DNA from: Caulobacterales bacterium
GTDB lineage: Bacteria; Pseudomonadota; Alphaproteobacteria; Caulobacterales; Caulobacteraceae
DNA length: 59,082 nucleotides
NCBI GenBank assembly: GCA_947475655.1
Contig: CANJOB010000001.1
Span: 1 to 59,082 of the forward strand
Direction: 5' to 3'
Below, piece after piece: positions 27,378 to 37,158 of this stretch (position 1 is its first letter; each line of letters opens with the position of its first letter). Position numbers and translations under genes: made by a program. The notes under the pieces are model-generated. The model had not been told where the DNA came from, searched no databases, and saw only the letters and a list, made by a program, of their open reading frames with translations.

Positions 27378-27991
27378 CGGTCCGCTCCGTACGAGCCGAG
27401 ACGGCGGGTCAGTATCTTCAGCGCCGCGCCGATGTGTTTCTCCACCGCCTTGGTCGAGATACCCATGGTCCGGGCGGCCTGCGCCTGGCTCATGCCTTCC
27501 AGGCGGTGCAGCAGGAAGGCCCGGCGCATGCGCGGCGGCAGTTCGTCGATGGCGGCCGCGGCGGCCAGCAGCCTCTGGCGAGCGGCGACGGCGTCGTCCG
27601 CCGCCGGCTCGTCGGCGACAGTCTCGCCGCGCAGTACATGGCGGCGGCTCTCGCTCCAGGCGGCGTCGCGGATCATGCCGCGGTTACGCTGCCGAAGCCG
27701 GTCGAGCATCAGGTTGGCGCCGATCTGGTGCAACAGCCCCAGCGGACTGTGCACCGTCTCAGACAGTTTCAGCGTCGCCAGCTTGACATAGATATCCTGC
27801 ACCAGGTCCTCGGCGGCGGCCGGCCCCAGCTTGGCCGCGAACATGCGCACGAGATTGGCCCGGCGTTCCATATAGAGAGCGACCATCGCCGCCGACGCCC
27901 CGCCGTCCTCAAGGACGACGGTGGGGACGCCATCGAGCGCGTCGACACCAGGCGTGCGCCCTATCGTCCGTTCCGGGAGCGTCATGCTCAT
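27374..27991 (-). CDS. FecI-type ECF sigma factor
   Basis: AEDLVQD and LPPRMRRAFLLHRLEGMSQ..VEKHI motifs. Confidence 0.9.
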   Translation of the reverse strand: MSMTLPERTIGRTPGVDALDGVPTVVLEDGGASAAMVALYMERRANLVRMFAAKLGPAAAEDLVQDIYVKLATLKLSETVHSPLGLLHQIGANLMLDRLRQRNRGMIRDAAWSESRRHVLRGETVADEPAADDAVAARQRLLAAAAAIDELPPRMRRAFLLHRLEGMSQAQAARTMGISTKAVEKHIGAALKILTRRLGSYGADR

Positions 27992-28152
27992 GCCTGCCCC
28001 AACCTCGTACCACGCCGCGCCGTTGCGTCGGTTTCCCGAGTGTTTTCATCGCCCGCCAGTGTCGGCAAGTAAACCAAGCTCAAGTAAATCAGGAACGGCG
28101 GGCCGCCGCCACCCGCCGAGGGTTGTGTGCGGTATTGCGGGCCGAGGCATGG

Positions 28153-28184
28153 AAAAGGCCTGGAAACCTCGCGGTCTCCAGGCC
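28153..28184 (-). terminator. Probable terminator of the lectin-like gene
   Basis: AAAA-GGCCTGGAAACC-TCGC-GGTCTCCAGGCC (U tail on the minus strand). Confidence 0.65.
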
Positions 28185-28221
28185 CGATCCGGATCAGGGC
28201 GCCTCAGGGACGCCCAGGCAC

Positions 28222-28932
28222 TTAGTTGACGGCGAAGCAGTAGAACTGGCCGGCGCCGCCGGTGCCGACCAGGCTCGCCTGGGCGCAGCCGTTGCCGGCC
28301 GCCGTGGCGGGGCCGCGGCTGTCGTGCGACGAATTCCAAGAGCCGTTGCCGCCCCCTTGCTTGTCGTGGTGGCCGACGCGGGCGATGCCCTCGCTGTTCG
28401 ACGTCCAGTTCTTGCAGGTCTTGTCGGCGCCGGCCGGATAGGCGCGGCCGTCCGGCTGGCTGCCGGTCAGCATGTCGTGCTGGTTGGGCGTGTCGCCCAT
28501 GCCGTTGACCGGCATGCCCTTCTCGGTCAGCGAGAAGTTCTTGCTCATCGCCACGCCCATGCGGCCGAATTCGACCGTGTCGCCGTGGATCTGGGCGACG
28601 CTGTCGCCGATTTTCTGGCCACGGGCGTTGAACCAGGGGCCGCTGCCGATGCGGTCGCGGGCGTTCACGGCGCCCGGTCCCTGGGTGCTGAGGTAGGCGT
28701 GCCAGGTGACGCCGCCACGGCCGGCGGCGGCCGCGAGGGTCTGGCAGTGGGCGTCGGCGCCGGCCAGGCCGCCGAGGTTGGCCCCGTCGCCCTTGCCCAT
28801 GCTGGTGACGAAGAAGCTCATCGGCGGTGGCGGGGGAGCGGCGGCGGGCGCCTGGGCCACGGCCACCGCGCCGACGACGGCGGCGGCGGCGCTGCCGAGC
28901 GCGGCGGCGATAAGGGTCTTGCTGATTTTCAT
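28222..28932 (-). CDS. Secreted endostatin/C-type-lectin-fold protein
   Basis: Signal peptide, Pro linker, SFFVTS..GGLAGADAHCQ, ARDRIG.GPW, TC.NWTS and FYCFA motifs. Confidence 0.75.
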   Translation of the reverse strand: MKISKTLIAAALGSAAAAVVGAVAVAQAPAAAPPPPPMSFFVTSMGKGDGANLGGLAGADAHCQTLAAAAGRGGVTWHAYLSTQGPGAVNARDRIGSGPWFNARGQKIGDSVAQIHGDTVEFGRMGVAMSKNFSLTEKGMPVNGMGDTPNQHDMLTGSQPDGRAYPAGADKTCKNWTSNSEGIARVGHHDKQGGGNGSWNSSHDSRGPATAAGNGCAQASLVGTGGAGQFYCFAVN

Positions 28933-29143
28933 TTTTGTCTCTTTCCCTGTTTCCGAGTCATCGCGTCGGCGCCCCCGTTTGGCAGGCCCGGCTCTGGCTA
29001 TCGAGGCCGGAAACATGGCATGGCCCGCGATGGTTGGCCACATGCTCCAGTTTAACACCCGGGAGCCGCGGCGGCGCGCGCACATGGTGATCGCCTTGCC
29101 CGAAAATCGGCTTATGTAGGGTTGATGCAACGAGGCGGCGCAC

Positions 29144-30838
29144 GTGGATAATCCCGAAAGCCCCAACCGGAAAACCGGCGGGCCGTTGCGGCGGCGCCCG
29201 GCGCGGCGCCAGGGCCGCCTGGACCGCTACGCCACCGTAATCCTCTGCGTGCTGCTGCTGGTGCTGTCGCTGGCCCTGGCCAGAATATGGCCGGGGTTCT
29301 GGGTCCTGGCCGTCTTCAGCGGGGCCCTCAGCGCCGTCGGCCTGTTCGACCTGCTGCAGACCCACCACTCGCTGCGCCGCAACTATCCGGTGCTGGGCCA
29401 TATCCGCTGGTTCGCCGAACTGATCCGGCCCGAGATCCGTCAGTACGTGATCGAGAGCGATCAGGACGCCTCGCCGTTCTCGCGCAGCCAGCGGTCCCTG
29501 GTCTATGCGCGCGCCAAGAACGAGGGCAGCGAGCGGCCGTTCGGCACGCTGCTCGACGTCTACCGCAGCGGCTACGAGTTTATCGGCCATTCGACCAATC
29601 CCGCCAAGCCGGGCGACCCTAAATCGTTCCGCCTGACCATCGGCAACGAGCAGTGCGCCAAGCCTTATTCGTCGTCGGTGTTCAACATCTCGGCTATGAG
29701 CTTCGGCTCGCTCAGCGCCGCCGCCGTGCGGGCGCTGAACAAGGGCGCCAGGCTGGGCGGCTTCGCCCAGGACACCGGCGAGGGCAGCATCAGCCCCTAT
29801 CACCGCGAGTTTGGCGGCGACCTGATCTGGGAGATCGGCAGCGGCTATTTCGGCTGCCGCACTGCGGACGGCCGCTTCGACCCCGAGCGCTTCGCCCAGC
29901 AGGCCATCGGCGATCAGGTGAAGATGATCGAGATCAAGCTCAGCCAGGGCGCCAAGCCGGGGCACGGCGGCATCCTGCCCGGCGAGAAGGTCACCGCCGA
30001 GATCGCCGCCACGCGCGGCGTGGCCCAGGGCGTCGACTGCCTGTCGCCGTCGCGGCACAGCGCGTTCTCGACCCCGGTGGAGATGATGAAATTCATCACC
30101 ACCCTGCGCGAGCTCTCCGGCGGCAAGCCGGTCGGCTTCAAGCTGTGCATCGGCCACCCGTGGGAATTCATGGGCATGGTCAAGGCCATGCTGGAGACCG
30201 GCGTCTATCCGGACTTCATCGTCGTCGACGGATCGGAAGGCGGCACCGGCGCGGCGCCGGTGGAATTCTCAGACCACCTGGGCGTGCCGATGCGCGAGGG
30301 CCTGCTGGTGGTGCACAACACCCTGGTCGGCGCCGGTATCCGCGACAAGGTGAAGGTGGGCGCCGCGGGCAAGATCGTCAGCGCCTTCGACATCGCCGCC
30401 GTCATGGGCCTGGGGGCCGACTGGAGCAACGCCGGGCGCGGCTTCATGTTCGCCGTCGGCTGCGTGCAGTCGCTGACCTGCAACACCAACCGCTGCCCGA
30501 CGGGGGTGGCCACTCAGGACAAGCTGCGCCAGCGCGCCCTGGTAGTGGAGGACAAGGCGCAGCGCGTCTGCAACTTCCATCGCAATACGCTCAAGGCCCT
30601 GTCGGAAATGCTGGCGGCGGCGGGGCTGGACCACCCGAGCGAGCTTGGCCCGCACCATCTGGTGCGCCGGGTCAGCGCCACCGAGATCAAGGCCTTCTCC
30701 CAGCTGCACACATTCCTCGAGCCGGGCGAACTGCTGCGGCCCGACTGCAAGCGCGAGTTCTACGCCGCCAGCTGGGCCATGGCCCGCGCCGACAGTTTCG
30801 ATCCGCTGCGGGCGGCGCCGGCCAATCTTAGAGGCTAG
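29144..30838 (+). CDS. FMN-binding glutamate synthase family protein with N-terminal TM helices (YerD-like)
   Basis: NISAMSFGSL, DTGEG, EIKLSQGAKPGHGG, DGSEGGTGAAP and C..CNTNRCPTGVATQ motifs. Confidence 0.92.
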   Translation: MDNPESPNRKTGGPLRRRPARRQGRLDRYATVILCVLLLVLSLALARIWPGFWVLAVFSGALSAVGLFDLLQTHHSLRRNYPVLGHIRWFAELIRPEIRQYVIESDQDASPFSRSQRSLVYARAKNEGSERPFGTLLDVYRSGYEFIGHSTNPAKPGDPKSFRLTIGNEQCAKPYSSSVFNISAMSFGSLSAAAVRALNKGARLGGFAQDTGEGSISPYHREFGGDLIWEIGSGYFGCRTADGRFDPERFAQQAIGDQVKMIEIKLSQGAKPGHGGILPGEKVTAEIAATRGVAQGVDCLSPSRHSAFSTPVEMMKFITTLRELSGGKPVGFKLCIGHPWEFMGMVKAMLETGVYPDFIVVDGSEGGTGAAPVEFSDHLGVPMREGLLVVHNTLVGAGIRDKVKVGAAGKIVSAFDIAAVMGLGADWSNAGRGFMFAVGCVQSLTCNTNRCPTGVATQDKLRQRALVVEDKAQRVCNFHRNTLKALSEMLAAAGLDHPSELGPHHLVRRVSATEIKAFSQLHTFLEPGELLRPDCKREFYAASWAMARADSFDPLRAAPANLRG

Positions 30839-31074
30839 CCCTCGACATCCGTGACCGGGCGGTCGTGGCCGTCGGCGATCTCGTCGTGCCACTGACCGTC
30901 GGCGTCCTCGTACCGGATGCCGGTGGTCTCGCCGGAGACCGACTGTTCGCGCGCCGCCGCCTGAGCCGCGCGCAGGGCCTGCCCATGCGACGGGTAGGTT
31001 TCCGAGAACACCCCGTCGACGGTGTAGGCGAAGCCGCCGTCGTGCTCGACGATCCTGTAGGTCACCAACTGCAT
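30835..31074 (-). CDS. DUF2188-like small protein
   Basis: YRIVEHDGGFAY..FSETYPSH..A..AA pattern. Confidence 0.72.
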   Translation of the reverse strand: MQLVTYRIVEHDGGFAYTVDGVFSETYPSHGQALRAAQAAAREQSVSGETTGIRYEDADGQWHDEIADGHDRPVTDVEG

Positions 31075-31191
31075 GCGCTGTCCTCTCAGCTGTCGCCCCT
31101 GCCTAACGGCGCGGACGCGTTTGGGTTCAGACCGGGTGGCGGCGGCGCCGCGACGGCCCTAGCATACGCCCTAGATAGGGAGGGGCGGGCT

Positions 31192-32097
31192 TTGCCGCTG
31201 CGCAAGGATATCTGGCGGGCCGGCCTGGCCATGGCTCCCGCCGCCGAGCTTCTGGCGCCCGGCGCCCTGGAGGCATGCGAGTTCCGCTGGCTGCCCGATC
31301 CCGGACCCTTACGCTTCCTGGCCGACCCGTTCGGCCTGTGGCGCGATGGTCGGCTGCATGTGTTCGCCGAAATCTATGACTACCGCGACCGGATCGGCGC
31401 CATCGATGTCCTGACCTATGACGCTTCGCTCAACCTGCTCGACCAGCGGCCGGCGCTCAAAGAGCCGTGGCACCTGTCCTATCCCTTTGTCGTTGAGGAT
31501 GGTGGCGAGACCTACATGCTGCCCGAGGCCTACAAGAGCGGAAGCCTGACCCTCTACCGCGCCGAGGAATTTCCCGCACGCTGGACGGCTGTTCAGGCCA
31601 TCGACCTTGACGTGCTGGCGATCGACGCCACGCCGGTGTTCCACGACGGGCGCTGGTGGCTGTTCTACGCGCCCGCCGGCAGCAAGGCGGAAAAGGTCAG
31701 CGCCCTACACGTCGCCCACGCGCCGCGCCTGACCGGGCCGTGGACGCCGCATCCGCTTAATCCGGTGCGGTTCGATGCGTCGAGCTCGCGGCCAGGCGGA
31801 ACGCCGTTCGTGCATGACGGCGTTCTGACGCTGCCAGTGCAGGACTGCAGCCGCACCTACGGCGGGGCGATCCGCATGCTGCGTATCGAGGTCCTCACCC
31901 CGGACCACTTCGGGGCGAGCGTGGGCGAGACTCTATCAGCGCCGCGCGCCTTCGCCCCCTATGTCGAAGGTATGCACACCTTCGCCGCCGCGGGGCCGGT
32001 CACTTTAGTTGATGCAAAGCGCCTGCATATGTCGGCGCGGACCCTGGCGATGGACGCGGCGTGGCAGGTTCGAAAGTCCACAGGGCGCCGAGGTTGA
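31192..32097 (+). CDS. Five-bladed beta-propeller, GINT1 N-terminal-like / GH43-like
   Basis: FLADPF, HLSYPF, YMLPE, GPWTPHPLNP, SRPGG and QDC..TYG motifs; TTG start after GGGAGG. Confidence 0.78.
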   Translation: MPLRKDIWRAGLAMAPAAELLAPGALEACEFRWLPDPGPLRFLADPFGLWRDGRLHVFAEIYDYRDRIGAIDVLTYDASLNLLDQRPALKEPWHLSYPFVVEDGGETYMLPEAYKSGSLTLYRAEEFPARWTAVQAIDLDVLAIDATPVFHDGRWWLFYAPAGSKAEKVSALHVAHAPRLTGPWTPHPLNPVRFDASSSRPGGTPFVHDGVLTLPVQDCSRTYGGAIRMLRIEVLTPDHFGASVGETLSAPRAFAPYVEGMHTFAAAGPVTLVDAKRLHMSARTLAMDAAWQVRKSTGRRG

Positions 32098-33220
32098 ACG
32101 GCCGCCGCTCGAGCGACGCCAGGCGCTGGGTGTTGATCTCGTCGAACACCTGCAGATAGGCCTGGGAGATCGCGCCGATGCGGTAGGCGGCGACCCGCGC
32201 CGCCAGCGGCGCCGGCGCGGGCGCGGGCGCGTTCAGCACGCGGCGAAGACCGTCGGCCAGGGCGGCCGCGTCGCCGATCGGCGCCACGGCGCCGGCCGAC
32301 CCATTGCCGACCAGTTCGAACGCCGCCGGGGTGCAGTCGGTGCAGACCACCGGCCGGCCGGCCGCCAGGGCCTCGACGATCACCGCGCCGTAGCCTTCGT
32401 AGTAGGAGCTGAGCAGGAAGGCGCGGGCCTTTTCCAGCCATGGGCGGATGTCGGGCACATAGCCGGGGAACATCACGCGGTCAGCCACGCCCAGGGTGGC
32501 GGCCAGATCGCCCAACCGTTTCCGCTCGGGGCCTTCGCCGATGATCGCCAGGGTCGCGGACGGATCTTTGAGCCGGGCGAAGGCGCGCAGGGCGACGTCG
32601 AATCCCTTCTCGGGCACCAGCCGCCCGGCGGCGACGATCATGCGCCCGGCGGCGCGGGTCAGAGGCGCCGCCTCGTCCTCGGCGGCGGGCAGCCTGATGC
32701 ATTGGGTGATCTTGCGGCCGAGCACGCGGTCCATGTCGGCGGTCATCGAGGCCGACAGCGAGACGGCGCTGTCGACGCATTGGAACTGGTTCCAGGTGCG
32801 CAGGTTGTAGGCCACCTGTTTCAACGGGCCGCGGCCGTGGCGGTACAGCGGGGTGCCGATCTGGGCGACCACGCCGGGACGCACATGCCTGGGCAGCCGC
32901 GCCACGGCGGGCAGCACCGGCCAGTGGTAGTTGCCCGGCACGAACAGGATGTCGGACGGCCGGCGCGACAGAAAGGCGGCGGTGGCCTCGCCCAAGGCCT
33001 TGCGAGAGCCTGGTCCGCGCGGAATGTGCGGCTCGCACTCCACCACCTCCACCGAGCTGTCGATCATGTCGGCCAGCGGACCCTGGCGCGACCCGCACAG
33101 GACGGTGACCTTGCGGTCGGACGCGGCCCAACGGTTGGCCAGCCTTATGGCGATCCGCTCCCCGCCGCCGAGCGGCAGGTCATGCAGGACCACGGTGATC
33201 GCGCGCGCGCTACGTGTCAT
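32000..33220 (-). CDS. Glycosyltransferase family 4
   Basis: GGGER, GRLVPEKGFD and SYYEGYGAVIVEALAAG motifs. Confidence 0.9.
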   Translation of the reverse strand: MTRSARAITVVLHDLPLGGGERIAIRLANRWAASDRKVTVLCGSRQGPLADMIDSSVEVVECEPHIPRGPGSRKALGEATAAFLSRRPSDILFVPGNYHWPVLPAVARLPRHVRPGVVAQIGTPLYRHGRGPLKQVAYNLRTWNQFQCVDSAVSLSASMTADMDRVLGRKITQCIRLPAAEDEAAPLTRAAGRMIVAAGRLVPEKGFDVALRAFARLKDPSATLAIIGEGPERKRLGDLAATLGVADRVMFPGYVPDIRPWLEKARAFLLSSYYEGYGAVIVEALAAGRPVVCTDCTPAAFELVGNGSAGAVAPIGDAAALADGLRRVLNAPAPAPAPLAARVAAYRIGAISQAYLQVFDEINTQRLASLERRPFNLGALWTFEPATPRPSPGSAPTYAGALHQLK

Positions 33221-33392
33221 TCGACAGGCACCCCCCTGACTGACAGACGGAGCTGGTCGGGCCGCTCCCCCTGTGGCGGTGTGTCGCAGAGGCGTTGCGC
33301 GTGGCGGCGGCGTCTATGCGTCGAGCAGGCCCGTGTCGCGGGGCCCGCGCCGGGGACATTTCGTGAAATCTGAAGAAGCCGGCAGGCTAAGC

Positions 33393-34700
33393 GTGATCCT
33401 CAGGCGGCTGGTCGGGAATGCCGGCATGCTGCTGGGCGGACGGCTGGGCAACGCCGTGCTGGGCCTGGGCTATATGGCTCTGGCCGGGCGGGGCCTGGGC
33501 GCGGCGGTGATGGGCGTGCTGGTGCTGATCCATGCCTATTCGCAGCTCATTGGCGACGTGGTGAAATTCCAGTCCTGGCAGGCGGTGCTGCAGTACGGCG
33601 CCAAGCCGTTGGCCGAGGAAAGCCGCACGGGCTTCCAGCGCATGCTGCGCTTCACCCTGGCGCTTGACGCGATCAGCGCCGTGGCCGGGCTCGGGGTGGG
33701 GGTGGGCGGGGCGGTGCTGTTCGCCGGCAAGCTGGGGTGGGGTCATTCGCATGTCCCGGCGGCCGCCCTCTACATGATCTGCATCCTGGCCATCGTCGCC
33801 TCGACCCCAGTCGGACTGATGCGCCTATTCAACCGCTTCGACATCCTGGCGCGGCAGACGGTGATGGTGTCGTTCTTCCGCCTGGTCGGCAGCGGGGTCG
33901 CCTTCCTGCTGCACGCGCCGCTGGAGGCCTATCTGCTGGCCTGGGCGTTCGGCCAGTTCGCCGGTTTCACCTATCTCTGCGCCGAGACCCTGCGCGAACT
34001 GCGCAAGCGCGACCTGTTGACCGGTTTCGACTGGTCGGGACCGCTGACGGATGGCCTGCCCGGCGCCTGGCGCTTCGCCTGGAACACCAATGTCAGCTCG
34101 ACCCTCGACGCCGGCCTCACCCACGCGGCGACCTTGACCGTCGGCGCCCTACTCGGGCCCTCGCAGGCCGCGTTCTGGAAGGTCGGCCGCCAGGTGGCCG
34201 ACGCCATCGCCAAGCCGGCGCGGCTGCTGGCCCCAGCGCTCTATCCGGAACTGGCGCATCTGCGCGCCCGTGAGAGCGAGGATATGATGCTGCGCCTGGC
34301 GGCCCGGGTGGCCATGATCGCCGGCGGGGCGAGCTTCGTGCTGCTGGCGTTGAGCAGCGTCGCCGGTCCCTGGCTGCTGACCACCGTGATGGGCAAGGAG
34401 TTCGCCCCCGCCGCCGCGGTGATGACCTGGCAGGTCGCCGCCGCGACCATCGCAGTCTTCGCCCTGCCGCTGGAGCCGATGCTGATCTCGCTCGGGCGCG
34501 CCGGCGCGGTAGTGCTGGTGCAGCTCACCGTCTGCTTGGCCTATCTGGGCGCCTTGCAGCTGCTGGTGCCCGCCTTCGGCCTCACCGGCGCCGGCGCGGG
34601 TCTGGTGGTGGCGGAGATCGCCTTGGGGGCGGGCTTTCTGACCTTCCTGCTGCGCCGCCGGCCATGGCCGCCCGTCGCCGTCGAACCAACCCCCGTATGA
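33393..34700 (+). CDS. Wzx-like polysaccharide flippase
   Basis: About 12 TM segments; FQSWQAVLQYG and LYPEL motifs. Confidence 0.8.
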   Translation: MILRRLVGNAGMLLGGRLGNAVLGLGYMALAGRGLGAAVMGVLVLIHAYSQLIGDVVKFQSWQAVLQYGAKPLAEESRTGFQRMLRFTLALDAISAVAGLGVGVGGAVLFAGKLGWGHSHVPAAALYMICILAIVASTPVGLMRLFNRFDILARQTVMVSFFRLVGSGVAFLLHAPLEAYLLAWAFGQFAGFTYLCAETLRELRKRDLLTGFDWSGPLTDGLPGAWRFAWNTNVSSTLDAGLTHAATLTVGALLGPSQAAFWKVGRQVADAIAKPARLLAPALYPELAHLRARESEDMMLRLAARVAMIAGGASFVLLALSSVAGPWLLTTVMGKEFAPAAAVMTWQVAAATIAVFALPLEPMLISLGRAGAVVLVQLTVCLAYLGALQLLVPAFGLTGAGAGLVVAEIALGAGFLTFLLRRRPWPPVAVEPTPV

Positions 34701-35275
34701 GCCTGCAGAAGATCCTGCTGCGGCTGCTGCTCGGCAAGCGCCGCGCCGAGGAAATCCGCGTGGCGAAAATCATGCGCTCGCCCGACCGACTACGATTGGT
34801 GGAGGCCTATTTCCCCGCCTTCGCCCAGTCCGGCGGCCGCATTCTCTGGATCGGCTGCCAAGCCTACACCACGCACTATCCGGATCTTCTGGAGGCGCGG
34901 GGCGCGGAGGTCTGGACCACCGACGTCGATGCCGACGCGGCGGGCTTCGGCCGCGCGGGACGCCACCGCACCGGCGACCTGAAGACGGCGGACCTGCTGT
35001 TCGCCGACCTGACCTTCGACGCCATCCTCTGCAACGGCGTGCTCGGCTTCGGCGTCAATACGATGGTCGATCAGCAGCGCGCGCTCTCGGCGATGGCGAC
35101 GCTGCTGCGGCCCGGCGGACGCCTGCTGCTGGGCTGGAACACCGACAGGATTTCAGACCCGGTCGCCGCCGGCCTGACCGATCCCTATTTCAAGCGGGCG
35201 CCGTTCGCGGACCTGCCGCAGCGGGCGACGTTCCCCACTGTGACCCACGTTTTCGATTTGTTTGAACGCCGCTAG
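34697..35275 (+). CDS. Class I SAM-dependent methyltransferase
   Basis: ILWIGC, FDAILCNGVLGFG and LRPGG motifs; ATGA overlap with the flippase. Confidence 0.8.
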   Translation: MSLQKILLRLLLGKRRAEEIRVAKIMRSPDRLRLVEAYFPAFAQSGGRILWIGCQAYTTHYPDLLEARGAEVWTTDVDADAAGFGRAGRHRTGDLKTADLLFADLTFDAILCNGVLGFGVNTMVDQQRALSAMATLLRPGGRLLLGWNTDRISDPVAAGLTDPYFKRAPFADLPQRATFPTVTHVFDLFERR

Positions 35276-35383
35276 AGCTTTCCCGATTCAGACGAAATCT
35301 GAATCGGATCAGAAGGCTCTAGGTTCAATGTTTAGAGCCTGTCCGGGCGGCGAACCGCTCACCCTTCGCCTGACTGGCTCTAG
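35272..35383 (-). repeat. CIR/RIME-like repeat, copy 5 (CTAG ends include both convergent stop codons)
   Basis: CTAGAGC..CCGATTCAGA-CGAAA-TCTGAATCGG..GCTCTAG..TAGAGCCTGTC..GACTGGCTCTAG. Confidence 0.85.
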
Positions 35384-36143
35384 TTCTTGAGCCGGTAGCC
35401 GGTCTTGAAAATCCAGGCGACTGTCGCCGTGCAGGCGGCGAGGAATGCCAGGGTCATGCCCAGGCTCACCCCGATGCTGACGTCGGAGGCGCCGTAGAAG
35501 GCCCAGCGGAAACCGCTGATCAGATAGACCACCGGGTTGAACAGGCTGATGTCGCGCCAGAACGGCGGCAGCATGTGGATCGAGTAGAAACTGCCGCCCA
35601 GAAAGGTCAGGGGCGTGATGATCAGCAACGGGATGATCTGCAGCTTCTCGAACCCGTCGGCCCAGACGCCGATGATGAATCCGAACAGGCTGAAGGTCCA
35701 GGCGGTGAGCACCAGGAACAGCAGCATCCACAGCGGGTGCAGGATCTGCAGCGGGACGAAGAAGAAGGCGGTGATCAGGGTGATCAGGCCCAGGCTCAGC
35801 GACTTGGTTGCCGCCGCCCCGACATAGCCGAGCACGATCTCTCCATAGGATACCGGCGCCGACAGCATCTCGTAGATGGTGCCGCTGAACTTGGGAAAAT
35901 AGATGCCGAACGAGGCGTTGGAGATCGACTGCTGCAGCACCGACATCATGATCAGGCCGGGCACGATGTAGGCGCCGTAGGGCACGCCGTCGACCTGTGT
36001 CATCCGCGATCCGATCGCCGATCCGAAGACGATGAAATAGAGCGAGGTCGACAGCACCGGCGAGACGATGCTCTGGAACAGGGTGCGGAAGGTGCGGCTC
36101 ATCTCGAATCGGTAGATCGCCTTCACGGCATGGAAGTTGGCGA

Positions 36144-36147
<4 letters not shown>
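35380..36147 (-). CDS. ABC-2 transporter permease (YadH-like)
   Basis: [27 protein letters not shown] and [11 protein letters not shown] motifs. Confidence 0.92.
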
Positions 36148-37079
<932 letters not shown>

Positions 37080-37158
37080 ACGGCCAAGATAGGCAAGGCT
37101 TCACCGCAGCGCCATGGCCGCTCTTGAACAGACGCGCATTTCGGGGCCTATCCGCCCC

